A stretch of 62,930 nucleotides of DNA, counting the filler, from Hyphochytrium catenoides (taxonomy: Eukaryota; Protista; Hyphochytriomycota): the NCBI GenBank assembly GCA_900088475.1. It is 10 parts of 10 records of this genome, joined end to end, with 100 filler letters (N's around TTAATTAATTAA, not from the genome) between each part and the next. Parts side by side here need not be neighbours in the genome. Positions count along the whole stretch, not along the records: positions 59,503 to 61,610 come from FLMG01003027.1; positions 61,711 to 62,930 come from FLMG01002438.1; 8 more parts are not named here. One strand, 5' to 3'. This document shows, piece by piece, positions 59,503 through 62,930 of this stretch (positions within the stretch are counted from its first letter, which is position 1; each line of letters opens with the position of its first letter). Both the position numbers and the translations under genes were made by a program. The notes under the pieces were generated by a model. It saw nothing but the letters and a program-made list of their open reading frames with translations, was not told the DNA's origin and did not search any database.

Positions 59503-61167
59503 GAGATCTATCAATCTTGATTATCGTTCGCCTTTGTCAGAGGTTATCGACAGGAAAGTACGTTAGCTGCCTTCTCTTCTAGAAAACAGAGATGAAACGA
59601 CACACGCAGAGGAGGAGGAAGCTGGAGCTGAAGAAGCTGGGCATCTGTACCGTGTCGCCCCACCATCCTACTCGTAGTGTTCTAGTTCCTACATCATTGA
59701 TGTATCTGGACAAGAGGACCAGTCATCGAGCCATCATGAACGACCTCCTCCATCATACGAGGGGAAGTCGAGCTTGCTAAGTGCTGAGGGAGAAAGAGGA
59801 TGCTTGTGGCTGGGATAGAGAGAAGGGAAGGTAGAGGCTTCGGAAGGTTTCGCAGATAGCGTTAGTGGGTGCCGTCGACTTGTGAAGGCCATTCGATTGA
59901 CTTGGGTCGAAGATGACACCTAAGTCTCATATCGTGTAGACTTCCTCTGTCATAGGTGCTGGGGAGGCCTCTATGAGGTTACGTTAGCGCAATCATGGTG
60001 GCGACATTGACGGTAAACCTTCATATCCTAGGACCAACTTTACTCTGGCTCTTATCAAATTTCGTTGTCGACATCTTATATAACAGGATGGCGAGTATGC
60101 AGGGGACTACATTGATGGGCTCAGGGAAGGTAAAGGAGAGCTCAAGTGGGCCAACGGTGATATTTACACCGGCGAGTTCAAAAATGGCCTCCGTCATGGA
60201 AAGGGAAAGCTGGCCTTGCAGAAGGGGAAGCACGTATACGAAGGTCAATGGGTTCGGAGCCTGCGAAGTGGCAAGGGTGTGGAGACGTGGCCATCTGGAG
60301 ATCGGTAAGAGTTTGTCTTCGACGATACTCCTGTTGCAATACATTTTCTCTGCTTTTATAACCCCAATCTGCATTGATCTAAGACCATCATATTTGTGTT
60401 CATAAGCTCTCACCGTGACGTTCAACTAGTTATGATGGAGAGTACAAGCAGGATCTTTTTCACGGCTATGGCATCTTGACAAGACGAAAGTCAAAGTATC
60501 GAGGAGACTTCAAGGAGGGTCTGAAGGACGGTCAAGGCAAGATGGAGTTTGGAAATGGAGATGTCTACACAGTGAGTCGTAGGCGCCTCTCTTCTCGTTT
60601 TATCGTCTTCTCTGGTCATCCTCAACTCCTCTGCTGATTGAAAAGGGTGGTCCTTTGACTCCGCATGCTTCGTTAGGGCGAGTGGAAAGCTGGTAGAATG
60701 CATGGTAAAGGCGTCTACGTCTGGAGCAATGGTCGAACTTATGACGGAGGTAATTGTTGTTCGTTATTATGAATAGAAATATACCTTCGATTGAGTTCTC
60801 AATGGATCTCTTAGAATGGCAGAGCGGTCTCAAGCATGGAATGGGAAGCGAGAAGCTACCTAATGGCGAGAAGTATGTTGGCCAGGTCAGTGGACTTGCT
60901 GCTGCTTGTCTAAAGGTTGTGAGTAGTCTGACGAGCCCCCGGCAGTGGGCGAAGGGTGTAAAGCATGGCAATGGCAACTATCGCTGGCCAACAGGCAAGA
61001 CAAGGGACGGCGTCTGGGAGAATGATAAGAGGGTGAGTTGGTGGCCGTCTAGCACCGTATACCTTGCACTAAGGCATCCGCCCCGTCCGTCATAATCACC
61101 CCACCACCAGGTCCGATGGTTATCTGAAGAAATGTTTGGGACAGAAAAGAGTATTATAAAGTTTTGA
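59503..61167 (+). CDS. MORN-repeat protein, multi-exon, 5' uncertain or truncated
   Basis: Successive YxGxFxxGxxHGxG repeats across phase-consistent exons (YTGEFKNGLRHGKG, YEGQW...GKG, YRGDFKEGLKDGQG, GEWKAGRMHGKG, WQSGLKHGMG, WAKGVKHGNG); stop at 61165-61167. Confidence 0.9.
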
Positions 61168-62930
61168 CAAACATCAGCGCTAATCGCTTAGGGAATACCG
61201 CAGCAGAGCAATGTGTACCATCGCATATGGGGCGCTATGTGTCAGGTGTCCCTAGAGTGCCACGAGACGACCAAGAGTATCAAATGATTGAGATGGCGTA
61301 GTCCCCTAGTGCTCAGTATTATAAGCTTAGTAGCCTTCGTTTGCACCAAATGTACATTGGGATTAAGAGGTCGATGACTTTGAGACAACTAAACATATGT
61401 GGGCTGTGCAAAAGAAGTATTGCTGCCCTTCAGAAGGCCAAGGGACTTCAGGCTTCGTCTTGCCATCACTCGAGTTCGTTCTCTTAAGTTCCCGGAGCTT
61501 TTGTGTCCTCCGTCCTGCAGCAAAGTCACCTCGATTAACTCATGAGTAGTAGACGTAGGAACAGTCCTCAATCTGTCATTGAAGTCATTGAGAGTAGGAC
61601 TACCAGCAGCNNNNNNNNNNNNNNNNNNNNNNNNNNNNNNNNNNNNNNNNNNNNTTAATTAATTAANNNNNNNNNNNNNNNNNNNNNNNNNNNNNNNNNN
61701 NNNNNNNNNNAGCCTCTCCGCAAGAACTGTAACGGCTTGCACGCCTACCTTTTCGCTATTTTGACATGATTATATAGACAAATTCCTCTACATTTCTGAC
61801 ACATCTAAGGCATGATTGTGCAATCTTGACAATCTCTGCCCATACAGTGCAAAAAACACAACCAAACCCACTCAGTCGCAAAAAAGTAAATTTAACAGTA
61901 TTCGTATATTTGTCAATGGTTAGAGGTTTGAAGTGCTTCCTTCCCTCCAGCGGGTCACCTTAGTATTGAGAAGACCAAGGACACTGGTCTGGCGGTGGAG
62001 GAGATAGAGAGATGCAGATTGAGAGAAAGACGCAGAGCAACAGATTCCCATCATCATCACCACGCTGAGGCGCTCCTCCCTACTATGAGGATCAGTTGTA
62101 AGAAGAGAAGGGAGAAGGACGACTACGATGGCGATGACACCATTGCGGACCAAGGCAGGTATCGGCTGCCTATCAGAGAAAAATGAAGGTAGAATAGCCA
62201 CTATATAATACTGGCGGCAGCAAGCGTTGAGTCAAGGACCAGGCGACGATGATACCTGCGCAAACAAGTTGTAATGTCTAACATTTGTTTACTTTTCTGT
62301 GTGGAGTACAATGGTCACGCATAATCTCAGCTTTTCCTTACACAGAAGGGACGTACGGCTAACAAAGGCAACACTGTTAAATCGCCACTCCGGGCAACCT
62401 ACAGCACTGCAACGCAGCAGTATCCCCTGCTCATGCCACAAGGAATGTTGGCAGTCGGCCCTCCACCTACTACCTACTGTTTGTCCCTAACAAAAAGAAC
62501 AGATCATCAACAACTCGGGGGGACTGGTAAGCTAATAATAATGGTGTCGGCCGGCCTCCTCTGCAGTGGTCTCTCCCTCCTGCTGGTGGGAGAACGGGGG
62601 GATTGTTGGCTCAATCAGAAGGCGGACCGTTCGGTGGTTGTTGAAGCAGTGCACGCCGTGGAGCAGCAGGAGGTACAGGAGGTAGGGAGCAGCGGCGAGG
62701 ACGGAGCGATGATGCAGCAGCAGCCCCATCATCACGGTCTTCTTCCCCTGGAAACCTGTTGATGCGGACCTTTCCTCTTAGACGAATAAACAAGTGTGAG
62801 GTGGAGGGCTGACGGCCCGTTCTGTCAGGGAGAGTTGGGGTCAAGTGGCCGTTAGCGGTAGTCAGACACAACCGTTACAAACTATCAAGAAAGTCTTTTC
62901 TTATTTCTCATTCCTCTCTCTCTCTCTCTC

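Noticed and set aside
61711-62930. Short ORFs in the last contig
   Set aside because: No family motif or consistent exon chain.

Overview
Eukaryotic nuclear DNA from an intron-rich protist; the atlastin-type GTPase and the insertion-bearing CAMK kinase suggest a stramenopile, but that is inference. The window is not contiguous: nine identical 100-nt spacers (44 N + TTAATTAATTAA + 44 N) join ten unrelated contigs, so adjacency across spacers carries no information. Spliced host genes: a methyltransferase-fold/Asp-Asn beta-hydroxylase fusion, a CAMK-group kinase, atlastin, a ZNF830-like protein, DCAF13/SOF1, a mitochondrial citrate carrier, a FANCJ-like helicase, an Eyes-absent phosphatase, an alpha/beta hydrolase and a MORN protein. 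Intronless genes: a glycosyltransferase-ricin-lectin fusion and a dolichol/phytol-kinase-like membrane protein. The standout is a >=1446-aa intronless ORF (19260-23617). It fuses an apparently intact tyrosine-recombinase/topoisomerase-IB/protelomerase-type catalytic domain (R491-K528-K617xxR620-H651-Y660) to a RecQ helicase and C-terminal Zn knuckles, resembles fungal telomere-linked helicases, and is a candidate new recombinase-helicase mobile element. Also notable are a diverged 28S rRNA peptidyl-transferase fragment inside a scrambled and inverted repeat, and an RT-less Ty1/copia relic bracketed by LTR-like repeats in inverted orientation.
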